Origin: Octopus sinensis
Taxonomy: Eukaryota
NCBI RefSeq assembly: GCF_006345805.1
Contig: NC_043005.1
Location: 97,960,001 to 98,024,000, forward strand
Direction: 5' to 3'
Length of the DNA stretch: 64,000 nt
Under the pieces are notes generated by a model. That model saw nothing but the letters and a program-made list of their open reading frames with translations, did not search any database and was not told where the DNA came from. Below are positions 25,175 through 38,082 of this stretch, one piece after another; position 1 is the stretch's first letter, and every line of letters begins with the position of its first letter. A program made the position numbers and the translations under genes.

Positions 25175-25400
25175 CCTCCGCCTCCTCCTCATCATCATCA
25201 TTTAATATCTGTTTCCCATACTGGCGTAGGTCGGATGGTTTGACTGGAACTGTTCAGCTCTTCAGCTGACCTGTCTCCATGTCTGTTTTAGCATGGTTTC
25301 TACAGCTGGATACTCTTCCAGATGCCAACCACTTTAGAGAATGTACTGGGTGCTTTTTATGTGACACCAGCACCCATGATCCCACAAGATTAGAATTGCC
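25175..25400 (-). mobile_element. Degraded RTE 3'-tail copy
   Basis: TTTCTACAGCTGGATACTCTTCC...GGGTGCTTTTTATGTG; CAT/CCT tail. Confidence 0.7.
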
Positions 25401-26640
25401 CTGCTGAAGAGGAATGCAAGGGACATGCTTGTATGCAAGGACAACCATAATTTCATTTGGTTTGCCAGAAGTCTCGGTGTCTTGTCATCCCTTCTGTGCA
25501 GTTCAAAATGGTTGTGATTACCAAGATATTGTAAATGAGACCCTTCTATAGATAAAGGCTAATTCAATCTTCATTGCCACACTCAGGTGAAGTGTATAGG
25601 CTTAGGGGAAAATTACTCGTGACCCTGAGATACTTGCTGAAGATGGGAAAGAAGTTTCAATATTACAATAGCTGTAGTCAGCATTTCTTGAAAAGCTTGC
25701 AATATCTTTATACAACAGCTCCTGCAGTTTCTGATACTTATTTTACCAGTTTGAAAATATCATAGAGGAAAAATTTTCAGAAAAAAATGTCTAATATGAA
25801 AAGGTTATCACCTGTTACATACACCAGTGTGAGAATGCAAAACATGAAAACACTGAAATTTGAATATTTTCTTTCTTCATTCATTGCTTTTTTTATGTCT
25901 TTTGCAGAATAGTAATCTCTAATGTTCAAAGAACCCCATTCTCCAAGAAGTGGAAAAAAAAAGAAAAAAAAAACGGAATTGTTCGATAAATAAAAAACGT
26001 TACAGGTGCACTTTGCTTATTCTGAAACTTTACCTAAGTAAAATATATTGGATCAAAACAAGGCATATAAATACTATAAATACGATGACTCTAACAGTTA
26101 AAAAAATGTATGTTAAACGCAACATTTAGAATATTTAAAATATGACAATTGATAAGGCAAAACAAAAATGAATGTAATAGTATAAAAAAAATATAATGGG
26201 ACAGAGATGTACATGGAAATAGAGAGAGAGAAAGAGGAAGGAGAGTAGCATAAAGGAAAGGCTTGAAGAGAAAGGAACAACAACAATAAGTGTATGAAAG
26301 AACAAAATAAAGAAAGAAAAGAAGGGAGAGGTAAAGTGGTGAGCAGAAGAGGAAGAGTTAGTAAAAAGTAGATGGTAAAAGATTATATTTGGTGAAGCTG
26401 AGTTTAAGATAATTTAAGATAGAGGTAACAGAATGGCATAATGTGGAAAGCCTGTATTTATGCGGCAGGGTAAGAAAAAAGAAATAAGAAAGTGTAAGGT
26501 TTATAAATATATAATGAATTGAAGAGAAAGAGAAACAAGCATGGAAATGAAGGAGAGGAAAAGATATGGGGTTTAATGTTTACACACACAAATAATCTCT
26601 CTCTCTCTCACACACATACTATATATAGTATATATATATA

Positions 26641-26671
<31 letters not shown>

Positions 26672-26895
26672 CATATATATGTATATATATATATATGTAT
26701 ATATATAATACTATATATAAAATATGTATGTATGTGCGTGTTGGAACGAATGGAAAGAGAAAGAAGTATGAAAATGATGATGAAAAGACACTTGGTTCAA
26801 GGTTTATGAAATAGAGTGAAAAAATTCATATACACACATTGACATATACCCATATATTATAATATATGCTTATTTTTTATACATACATACAGATA

Positions 26896-26938
<43 letters not shown>

Positions 26939-29927
26939 TTCTTTCCATGGTGGTGCTCCAGCATGACCACAGCTGCATGACTGAGACAAATAAAAGAATA
27001 AAAGAACATATACATCTGTGTATGTACATAAGAACTGAAGAAGGGAAGAAAGAGGTAATCATAGGATGAAGCAAAAACAGAAAAGTGAGGCAGAGAGAGC
27101 TCCACATAAAGATTGATTTTGACATAGTATACTGGGTTAATAGACAAAAACAGATTTGATTTCCTTTTCCAAAGGAAAGTCCGTTTATCAATAGAATGCA
27201 GTTCTGTAAAAATCCTTTGAACAATATTTAGCTAATAGAGAGCCTTTTGCACATAAATCCACAGGAAAAAGGAAAACTCAAAATATTCATATGATACTCA
27301 CTGGATTTTTAATGGAACTTCCAGAAATTATTGAAGAATTTCTGTAATTCTTATAGTATAATATATTAAGTCAGTAGAAATTATTCAGTCATATATGATA
27401 GGCATCTGTACAGTTTCCATCAACCAAATTCTAGTTACAAAATACTGGTAAATTCATCTTAGAAGACACTAGCCTAAGGTCCAGACAATGAGATCAAAAT
27501 TAAAAGCTTGTGATTGCAGAGCAAATGTCTTAACCAGAAACCAAACAACCTTGCTTTTCTTTCAAGCTTTTTCTTCACAATCATGAGATTTCCTCATCTC
27601 ATACAGAATGAAAGAGAATAAAGATAAAACAACCAAAATTCAGATGAAAGTCAAACACCAGCCCGAATGGAATATCTATGATATAAATTTATTTACAGAA
27701 TTTTTGATTATATACAGAATTTTAAAATCAAAACATTACAGATATTGGGGTAGTTGTATAGACAATTCTCCCACCTCGTAGGTTAACTTAGCATTTCGTC
27801 CTTCTGAAGTTGATTTCTGTTCCTATAATGTTTCTTAGACATGAATGGGATTATAAAAGAAAACTAAGATGAAGATTCAAGTGATTGGGTGGCACTTTTA
27901 TAATCATTCAAATTTCATAAATTTACCTTGCACCACCCCTCCTATTGTTCAACCACTGAAAAGTTTGGTCTGTCACATTTGTTTCCTTTGACTGCTATCC
28001 ATCAGCTGAGATGCTTGGGAATGGGCAAACAGTATGAGGTCATCTAGATCACATAAAGATAGAGTATTCTGTAGGCCTGTAAATAGGGGTAACATAGGGA
28101 GTCCACAGTTCAAAGTTGCTAGCTATACAGACCGCAAATTTGTGATTTGCATGGTTGACCTATATAAGTTGCATAGACAGGGATCCAGATACTGGAAACT
28201 GAAAGCATCTTTCCTTAGACCCCAAGTTTGAAGAGTCTGGATTAGAGAATTAATTAGGAGGAAGGTGACTGGGGCAACCGTTGACAACCAATAGTGTTAT
28301 CCCTGAAAAGGGCTGTTAGATTAGGATCATAGAATTGATAAGGTTTAGTAAGGAAATTGTGATAAAGAATTCTAGAAATGTTAATAGCCTAGAAGAGGCA
28401 CTTAGAAAAAGTATCACGATTGAAAAAGCATCGTGATGTGCTGGCAGTGAGATTGGCCCTTGACTGGTTCTTCAATGCTAAGCATCAACATTGCATTGTC
28501 AGAGCTAGGGCCTGTGCTCTGAGGTCTGATGGAATGAGATGTATTTAAAGGGCCTGGGTTGCATAAGTGCAATGCAGCAACAAAGCCACAATTTGGTCTT
28601 TGAGGGACTTGGAGGAGCACTTCATTCGAAGCACATGTATACAGCTTTACAGTGGCACTCTGCTCAACTGTCTGGGTGAGTGGTGAGTTGGAAACAGGGG
28701 TTAAACTCTACTTCCTACCTTTATGGCTTGCCACAGCCTTTGACTAGGGATGTTGAATGATAGATGAATGCAGTGAGGATGGCCCAAGTGAGTGGGTCTA
28801 CTTTAAGCTGACACCTGTAGACTGAGGAATACAGAGGAAAGAGGAGCAATTGATATAGTACTTTGAGTAGGTAGAGCAACTCAGTATTTGCAGCATTCTT
28901 TGACTGCCACTGGGTGGCATTTTACCCCTATTGTTGATTTTGTTTTGAAAGAATCTTTTGCAAATTGTTCTTGTTTTTATTGTTTATATATTTCTATGTA
29001 AACCCCCTCTCTCCTTTGCCTCTGTTCTGCCCTAATTATTTTTGTAGCCCTTGGACAATAAAGAAAAAATTATTATTATTATGAAGAAATAAAATTTACA
29101 TTTTTGTTTAAATTAATCTTAAAATCAAGTAATTCAAATATTGAAAAAAAATATCCATGTACGATATGCTACCATGTATGTGTATGATATGCTATCATGT
29201 ATAAGATGTTTATGATATGCTACCGTGTATAAGATGCACTCTTATTTTTAATTGTGATTTTGGAAAATGTACAGAATCTCATACACCAAGTAAATAACAT
29301 ACACATACACAGACGCACACACATGGATAAGCACACACATGCATGCATACACCTCGCACGCACAAATACATGCATAAATATTTTTAATTTTCCTAATTAA
29401 AGGTAAAAATCATTGTAGGAAATAATTCAATAGATCCATTGGCATATATTTGCATAATTAAGTTAAAGAGCAACATATTGAATATATATAATAAATTCTT
29501 GATAATTCTTTGACCAAAAATATATGCGACTTGTTTACTATATGTAAAAATGTAATGTCTGATCTCCGGTTTGGTTAGACTGTACTTTGCAGGTGAGGTC
29601 AAAAGTTATTGTTGCTATTTAGATGCAGGTGAACTCTGATCAATCAGATTTATGATCGATGAGTTCTAGCTCTCATTATTTTCATCTTCAAAGTCTTTGA
29701 ATATGCAAAATAATGCTTATTAATGTAATTTTTATGTTATGTAGACGTATTCAGTCAGTCTTGCACTTTTTAAAATTTTTTTAGTGCTTTGATTCTTTAA
29801 TGTTTTGGTGTCATCATTTTTTTTTTATTAGTTTTGCTTTAGTTTCTTTTGTATTTTGCTTTCACTATTTTTTGCATCCTAAAATAATATTTAATGAAAA
29901 CTTTTTCCAATGCAATTGGTTTCTCAA

Positions 29928-30183
29928 CCAGTGTTTCTCAACCATGATTTTCCTATGAATCCCCTGTGATTCCAATTTAACTCAAGATGAGTTAACCTCA
30001 TAACCATTCGATGTTTGATAAACCCTCTTATACTTTTATAAAGATTATTAGGAATTGGTTAAAAAATTGTTTAGAATATTTTGTGTATTGCAGAAGCATA
30101 ACTAGTTTATTGGATGTAAAATTTAACAATAAAATCATGGGTGGACTCCCAAGGGCCATGTGGACCCTTGTTGAGAACCAATG
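29928..30183. mobile_element. Possible old hAT-type MITE
   Basis: Ends CAGTGTTTCTCAAC and GTTGAGAACCAATG are inverted repeats; no TSD survives. Confidence 0.4.
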
Positions 30184-30564
30184 GTGTAAGCCCCCACCAA
30201 AATAAAAAAATTATCAAAAGAAAAAAAAGTACTTTAGGGAGATATAGAATTATTTAATATTCAAGAATAACAGGGAAATATTCTCCAAAGCAACCCATCT
30301 GATTTTTAAGTCATATGTGTTCTTTACTTTTTAATATGGTATGGGGTACTTTGAGGAGAATTTGGTTGCAATTTCTAGAAGATTGAGTGACTATTTCTAG
30401 CAGATCAAAAGGTTGGTCCCACTGGCTTGTTCAGCAATGTGTAGATATTTCAACAGGGAAACAAAACAAGTATGGCACTTTTGATCATGAGTGTATTTAA
30501 AGTTCCAAACATATTACATGAGTGTGTGGCAGATGAAGTGAGTGAAAGATTAGAGACAGCATAT

Positions 30565-31601
30565 TTAGTTTTAAATTATCAAACAGAAAATCCAAACAGT
30601 TTGTATTCTTCAGTCATATAATTAAAATAGAATTTTGACAGACACTCACATTTTCATATGTATGCATACACATATATGTTAAAATACAAACACCCAATGT
30701 GTGTCTACACAGACTTTTTCCATGTTTCAGTAGCTATTTTGAAATAATATAACAGATATCACAATGCTTATTTGTCTGTCTAATGATGATAATATACATT
30801 TGTATATCATATGTACGGGTGTAATCAGCAGAGATTCTTCTAAGAAGCCCTCACACCATTCCAACCCACCAATCTCATGCAAGTGTTTCAACACTTAATT
30901 CCTTACACTCTAAGCAGAGTCGAGTGTGGCTGCATCCAGGTCATTACTCTTAGATGTTGCTGCCACATGCAGTGTCACTGCCTGCATTGCAACCCTCCAG
31001 GATGATTAAGGTGCTCCAGAGGAATGCCAGAATGGAATGGGGAAATGGTGGAAGAAAGGCACCAGAAGTAAGACAATGGTTTCTAGACACATTGTTGCTC
31101 ATTTCTAACAATGATATTTCTTTTTTGATTTACTTGCTCAGTCATTGGACTGCGGCCACACTGGAGCACTTCCTTGAAGAGTTTAATTGAGCAATTTGAG
31201 CCCATTACTTTTTTATGTTTCATGACTGATACTTATTCCATCAGTCTCCTATGCTGAACAGTTAAGTTATGAGGATGTAAATAAACCAACACTAGTTGTC
31301 AAGCAGTGATGAGGGACAAACACAAATACAAACACACATAGATACACCCATATATATGATATACAAATGTATATTATCATCATTAGACAGACAAATAAGC
31401 ATTGTGATATCTGTTATATTATTTCAAAATAGCTACTGAAACATGGAAAAAGTCTGTGTAGACACACATTGGGTGTATGTATTTTAACATATATGTGTAT
31501 GCATACATATGGAAATGTGAGTGTCTGTCAAAATTCTATTTTAAATATATGACTAAAGAATACAAACAGTCTGGATTTTCTGTTTGATAATTTAAAACTA
31601 A
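30565..31601. repeat. 259-bp inverted repeat (arms 30565-30823 and 31343-31601, 519-bp spacer)
   Basis: The arms are near-exact reverse complements with roughly 10 differences by eye. Confidence 0.92.
31118..31340 (-). mobile_element. 3' half of a family-1 SINE
   Basis: Reverse complement of ...GTGCTCCAGTGTGGCCGCAGTC..TGACTGA... tail and TTGACAAC core. Confidence 0.75.
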
Positions 31602-32126
31602 TTAGCTCCCCCTAGTGTTTCTTACAACCAACAACCAGACGGTTTGATCCAGTCATTTTATTCCCGGATTGCAGCAGATTAAAATGTGTACCTTATGAGC
31701 CCTGGCATATTAACCAGGGATCTGGAATAATTTTGTGCAGTGACAGAAGAAATAAGAAAATAATATAACTTAAAAAAAAAAACTTTTCCTTTTAACTCTC
31801 CTTTTTCCTTTTTTCATTTGCTGTTGTGGGTATTTCACCTCATGTCAGACCTGATAACTTTTGTCTGGTTTTGCACTGCCTTGTCCTTTGGGTATTTTTG
31901 GTCCACTCTATTACAAGCATTCAGGGAAGGTTTCCTGTTTGAGGGTCACTTTCTCTCACTTGTCTCTGAAGTCCCAAACTAGTGATGGACATTGTCCTTC
32001 CTCCTGTCACTGAGGCAAATACACACACACACACACACACACACATCTTTAAAATCGTATTTAATACTTCATTTCACTGTGTCGGTGAGTAGATATTATC
32101 ATTTCAATTGGCAGTCAGAAACGACT

Positions 32127-32490
32127 CATCATCATCATCATCATCATTGTTTAGCGTCTGTTTTCCATGCTGGCATGGGTTGGATGGTTTGACCAGGGAC
32201 TGGCAAGCCAGCAAGTTGCACCAGGTTCCAATCTGATCTGGCAGTGTTTTCTACAGCTGGATGCCCTTCCTAACGCCAACCACTCTGAGAGTGTAGTGGG
32301 TGCTTTTTATGTGCCACCAGCACAGGAGCCAGTCAGGTGGCACTGGCATCGACCACATTCAGATGGTGCTTATTATGTGCCACTGGCACAGGAGCCAGTC
32401 AGTGGGGACTGGCATTGACCATGTTTGGATAGTGTTGTTTACGTGCCACCAGCACGGGGAGCCAGTCAGGTGGCACTGGCATTGATCCAC
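32127..32490 (-). mobile_element. RTE 3'-tail copy with about 3 repeat units
   Basis: Consensus tail and repeated GAGCCAGTCAG..GGCACTGGCAT units. Confidence 0.88.
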
Positions 32491-33441
32491 ACTTGAATGG
32501 TTGTTTTTCCTTTCTGGAAATATTCTTGTAAATTTTGGTCTGCAAGTATTGTTATTCATTGTTGGTGTTGTTGAATTAAGTTTGGTACAGTTTTGGTATA
32601 ACTCTCACTATCTCATGAAGGAGAGAAAAGGCACAGAATTAAATGTTTTTTTTTTTGTAAATTTTTAGTATTTCCATGTTTTAGACAACAGAAATAGAAA
32701 TTACAATTTTGAATGAATTGTTTTTCCTAAAATTTCAGTTTTTTTTTTTTATCATCACTCCCCAATTCCATACTCTTTTCTTTTTCCCATGGGGGTAACA
32801 GTAATGATTCCAAAACTACACTTTATTTAGTCCAACATTTAATCATTCAGTGTTAACTCTCTCGGGAGAGTGATTCTATCAGATTGTTTAGAATTCATTG
32901 TTGTGTATGTCGGAATATAAATTTGGGTTACGTGGCTGTTTACTTTACCATTTCTACTTTCTTATAAGAAGCTTTCACGTGATCTGTAGACTTTCTGTCA
33001 GTGATTTATTACCTGTCACTTTTGCTACTGTTTTTTTTTTTTCTGTTTGGTCAATTTTTAGCTTTCAGTTTGTCTGTGACTGCTAGTTCTTGACTGTCTC
33101 TACTGACTGCCATGGCTGTTTATGGCAAATTTTCGCTTCATGATCCAGAAAGTGAATCTATTTAAATCAGCGGTGATCATCATTTTCCAGAAAATCGGAG
33201 CTGAGACTGAAATGAAAGACTTGTTTTCCCTGAAATGAAATAAAAGTGATATAAATCTGATTTAATAAAATAGTAAATGCAAAATCCAGTTTTTGTAAAA
33301 TGCTTTTGATTTCTTTCATTACAATTTGTTTAGCAATAAACTAAAGTATGCGAATTAGACTGGATTTCTTGGCTGAAGACATTTAATGAATTGTATAAAA
33401 ATATTTACTTTGTGTGATAGTTGCAATTCCTACAAGAATGT

Positions 33442-33874
33442 ATTCTTTTACTTGTTGCAGTCATTTGACTGCAGCCATGCTGGAGCACTGCCTTGATAGT
33501 TTTTAATTGAACAAATCAACCCCAGGACTTATTTCTAAGTCCTAGTACTTATTCTATCAGTCTCTTTTGCTGAACTGCTAAGTTATGAGGAATTAAACAC
33601 ACAAACACCGGTTGTCAAGTGGTGATTGTGGGATAAGCACAGACACAAAAGCACACACACGTAGATACACACACACACACACATACATATACACACACAT
33701 ACACACACATATACATACACATACACATACACACACATATGATAGGCTTCTTTCAGTTTCTGTCAACCAAATTCATTCACAAGGCTTTGGTTGGCCCAAG
33801 ATGTCACACAGTAGGACTGAGCCTGGAACCCTGTGCTTTGGAAGCAAGCTTCTTACCACACAGTCACGTCTGTG
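33442..33874 (-). mobile_element. Family-1 SINE, full length
   Basis: Head, internal (CA/TA)n and tail are collinear with 39372-39777. Confidence 0.85.
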
Positions 33875-34600
33875 CTTATGTAAAAGATTATTTTTTACCT
33901 TGCCCCATGTCCTTCCAGTTGTGTTTATGTGGATAGACCTATCCCATGGATCTACAAAATATAGACGCTGATTGACTGTATTATGACTTGGCAGCACTCA
34001 TTTATAACACAGGTACCTGGTATTACATGATTAGTAAGGATTGGCACTTATGTTGTGGTACTTTGATCAGAAGTCTGCACACTGCACACTTAAAGTTGTT
34101 GCCTCTCACCATGTCAAGTATCCGGTGGCTCCTTTGATAATGACCACAATGGTATTTCATGTACAAGAACGGCGGCGAGCTGGCAGAAATGTTAGAACAC
34201 CGGGCAAAATGCTTAGCGGTATTTCGTGTGCCACTACGTTCTGAGTTCAAATTCCGTCGAGGTCGACTTTGCCTTTCATCCTTTCGGGGTCGATTAAATA
34301 AGCACCAGTTATGCACTGGGGTCGCTGTTATCGACTTAATCCCTTTATCTGTCCTTGTTTGTCCCCTCCTTGTGTAGTCCCTTGTGGGTAGTAAAGAAAA
34401 AGGTATTTCATGTACAAGAACTTCAATTTGTTTATCTCTATGATTACACCATTTGCATCAACCTGTAAAGAATGGTCGATACACCACACAGCACATACAT
34501 CTCTAAAATATTGTCTGCTATTCTCACAGGTTACATGACAATTTTCACTGGCGCTTGTCATATAACAAGTTTGGCCATTTCTTCTACACATAAATAATTT
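33875..34600 (-). mobile_element. Decayed Merlin (IS1595/IS1016-like DDE) transposase fragment split by a SINE
   Basis: Minus translations YFRDVCA...QVDANGVIIEINKLKF (cf. IGG.G.IVEIDESKF), KYHCGH...RILDMV, and HNTVNQRLYFVDP...IHINTTGRTWGKVK (cf. H.TVNH...FVDP...HTNTIEG.W). Comparison is from memory. Confidence 0.72.
34171..34401 (+). mobile_element. Family-2 SINE, full length, with 20-bp TSD
   Basis: GGTATTTCATGTACAAGAAC at 34151-34170 and 34402-34421; B-box-like GAGTTCAAATTCC. Confidence 0.93.
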
Positions 34601-34929
34601 TGAAATAAACTTACAGTTTCAAAGGAAAACATTCTTTCGGTTCCATTTCATTGCTGAGTTTAGTTGAGTACTTCCACACATTATTTTACTTTCATTTTAT
34701 GATGTTGATTTTTGAGAAATTTCATTTGTTTCCCTTCAGGATTATATAACTAAACATTGAAAATGTTTACAGCTGCGAATTAAGGCAGGATATAAAGTGA
34801 GAAAAAGGGAAAGAGAAAAGATTGAAAAGAAACTCTTCACCAAATAAAATCATATTCGTTACTGATGGACAAAAGTGATTGTGGAGCAGTAAGTTTGAAG
34901 ATTGTTTAAGTTAGCCCTGAAATCTTGAT

Positions 34930-35178
34930 CTGTGGAGGTGCGTGGCTTAGTGGTTAGGGTGTCAGCATCATGATTGTAAGATTGTGGTTTCGATTCTTGA
35001 ACCAGGTGACACGTTGTGTTCTTGAGCAAACTTCAGTTCACATTGCTCCAGTCCACTCAGCTGGCAAAAATGACTAACGCTGCAATGGACTGGTGTCCCA
35101 TCCAGTTGGGGAACACATATGCTACTGAATCCAGGAAACTGGGCCCATGAGCTTGGCTAGGCTTTAAAAGGGTGAAGA
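34930..35178 (+). mobile_element. tRNA-headed SINE related to family 3 (different 3' half)
   Basis: Head GGCTTAGTGGTTAGGG...GGTTTCGATTC; core TTGCTCCAGTCCACTCAGCTG; (GAA)n tail. Confidence 0.75.
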
Positions 35179-35444
35179 AGAAGAAACCTTGATCATGCTT
35201 TTCTTTCAGAAATAATGTATCTTAGACTACATTATCCAATACATCCAACATTTTTAAAGATGGCAGCATTGTAGTTTGGGAGATTTTGCTGCAGTTTCTA
35301 GTAACTTAAGGACCAGGTAGAGGCTCCTTCATTATAAACTGAATTGCTACCTCTGAAAGTCAAAGTTTCAAAGGTCTTTGCTGACTTCTGTAATTTACAA
35401 GGAATATCTCTATATATAAATAATGGCTTCAAATTTTGGCCCTA

Positions 35445-35635
35445 GACCAGAAATTGTAGGGGGTGGGGTAAGTCAATTACATTGATGCCAATACAACTGG
35501 TACTTATTTTATTGACTTCCCAAATGATAAAAGATGTAATTGACCTCAGCAGAATTTGAACTGAGAATGTAAAGTGCTAGAATAAATACCACTAAGCATT
35601 TTGTTGAATGTCCTAATGATTCTGCCAGGTCATTG
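35445..35635 (-). mobile_element. Degraded family-2 SINE
   Basis: GACCTCAGCAGAATTTGAACTGAGAA matches the family-2 consensus. Confidence 0.6.
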
Positions 35636-36008
35636 CCTTCTATCTACAAATATAATCAATGCATTATATTTTGACTCACTAAACCCAGATTCTCTTGCAT
35701 GTAGAGATGACCTGACTTTAGGTTCCCATCAGTAATTGGAGTATCAGTCACTGCCTGTGAAACTAGTTGTGCACAGTGAGACTAATTTTCTGCTCCAAAA
35801 CTTAGTCATTCTCTATTCATTGTTCTTTCGCTGCTAGTAAATCATTTTTCACAAGTCACCTGACAATTTCACTTTTCACCAAAACAATTCTGTATTTTAC
35901 ACTTTGACTAGATATTTATTCTCACCTCTAATGTTTACAGAAGATACGAAATTTCAAAACAATTTTAAAGACACTTTTCCCTCTCCAATCTATTTTTAAA
36001 GTGTTTAA

Positions 36009-36380
36009 CCCTTTGCAGGTGGAAAACAGATTTATTCACTCACAATTTTATTACCATTAACTATGGAAAGTAGTTTTGATAAAACTGCTCTTTATTCTGC
36101 AAGAAGTGAAGACACCCTCTGGTGACACTTTTCACAAAAGACACCTTTCAAATTTACTTAGTTTTGTTTTTTCCACATATTCCATCAAGAATCAAATACT
36201 TTAAATAGTGGACATGAAAAGCAAGAATCAAATACTTTTAGTGGTGCATTTGAAAACCAAACCAACACGAAGATACTGAAAATGTATTGCGGAAATAGAA
36301 AAATATGAATTCTATTTTGTTGGTGGATAATTAACATCATTATGAGAATTACCATCAAATTTAATTATGCAGAGAAAGGG
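36009..36380. mobile_element. piggyBac-like non-autonomous element
   Basis: TTAA|CCCTTT ... AAAGGG|TTAA; the TIR match beyond 6 bp is weak. Confidence 0.5.
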
Positions 36381-37389
36381 TTAACCATGTGAAATCTGTT
36401 TAATAAAGCATTTAATCTCATAAAGGATAAAATGCAGTAACAACTTGCTATCAAAAATTGGAAAAATGGTTTTTCATCATACTTCTGAATCCACAAACAT
36501 TCTATCCCATTCATAGACTTAATGTGTTTTTGTTAAAATTATTTCACGAACTTATTTATTTCAAGCTTTCTTACATTCGTTTTCTTTTTAAAAGCAAAGG
36601 AGGGGGAAAATAAGTGCCTGAATATTTCACAGTTGTTACTTAAAATTGTTAAAGAAATATATTGTTGCTTTTAACAATTACATTTTTTACACTTTTGCTT
36701 TATGCTTCAGATGTGACGTGAAAAGCAATACTATTAAGTGAGGTGTGAATTGCGGTAAATACTCTTCTCTCGACAGGCCTAGTTTTTCTTGTTGAATTCA
36801 CTAAACAAAAATATTTACTTACTAATGGACACATTCTTTCACTAGGGATAATGATAAAAGTTTATTACCATAGAAATGTTTTCCATTTTCCCCAGGACAA
36901 AAATTGTGCATTCCACAATCAAAATCAACCAAATGAAAACTAATTTTATTCTAAAATATATTATTACTGTTCTGATTGTTGCTTTTTCTTTTATTTATTT
37001 TTGGAAATTAATTTATGCAATATCAAAGCCTGTTCCATCTTAAGGGCATGGCCTTTTCAGTGAAAATTTTCATTTCAAAAGGAGAGCTTTGAAAATTCAT
37101 GTTACTGTCATGGTGATGAATAAATTTTCAATAGCATATAAATCAGGGAAAGAAAAGAGAAACAACCGCAGTACAAGCAATAAACATATTTTTCATCTAA
37201 TCAAACTGATTTTTGAAGTTATTTTTGAGTAGATTAACTGTTGTTAGGTGTATTTACATTATGTAACTACTGCTGAAAAGCACATTAATTCCATTCTTAT
37301 AATAGATAATCAAATAGACTCATACCCTCATAAGGCGGGTAGCTGATGATCAGGATGGCTGGTTTATTCAAGTTCATGTGGTAGATAAT

Positions 37390-37451
37390 ACATTAATATA
37401 CACACACACACATACATACATACATACATACATACATACATACATACATAC

Positions 37452-37512
<61 letters not shown>

Positions 37513-37610
37513 CATACATACATATATATACATATACATACACATATATATATATATTATATATATATATATATTATATATATATATACATACATAGATA
37601 CACACACATA
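37390..37610. repeat. (TACA)n/(TA)n microsatellite
   Basis: Direct periodicity. Confidence 0.9.
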
Positions 37611-37884
37611 TAAGTAAAAATGAAATTCTGTCCGTTTGTTTGTTTGTTTGTCCACTAAAATGAAACTAACTGGTTCAGGGGAAGCTGTAATGCTTTTTCT
37701 ATATATATATCTAAAATTGAAATTCTGTCTCAGAAACTGTTCTTTATCAATTGGAACTCTGCAAATAGTTCAGCTGATTGGTCTTTTGAAAGCCTCAATC
37801 TCATATAATTATTGAAGTAGAAAAAAGATCAATTTCATGTTTGTTTATTTTTTTGGAGCCAGGATAGGTCACTCACAGATTCAT

Positions 37885-38045
37885 CCACCAAATCATTGAC
37901 AGAAACAAATGAATTTCTTACTCTCAATCCAGTATGTAATTCGACTGATTCCGTCAATGATTTGGTGGATGAAATCTTTCCTAATCTTCTTCATAATTAC
38001 AACAACATAGATTGGATCTGTGAGCAACCTATCCAGGCTCCAAAA
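37885..38045 (+). mobile_element. Helitron PIF1-helicase fragment
   Basis: Translation SVNDLVDEIFPNLLHNYNNIDWICEQPIQAPK resembles the Helitron I..VFP.....Y....W..ERAILAPKN segment. Helitron-5'-like TCTATATATAT..AAAATTGAAATTCTGTC lies near 37708. Confidence 0.65.
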
Positions 38046-38082
38046 ATATAAACAGGATGAAAAATAACGGAAACAAAGTCTT

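Noticed and set aside
28000-28400. Possible ancient LINE RT (DLDDLILFA on the minus strand)
   Set aside because: A single weak motif with no other RT motifs at the expected spacing.
37340-37360. Hammerhead ribozyme core (CTGATGA)
   Set aside because: No correctly placed GAAA or closing stems; other CTGATGA hits lie within RT YADD codons or unrelated sequence.
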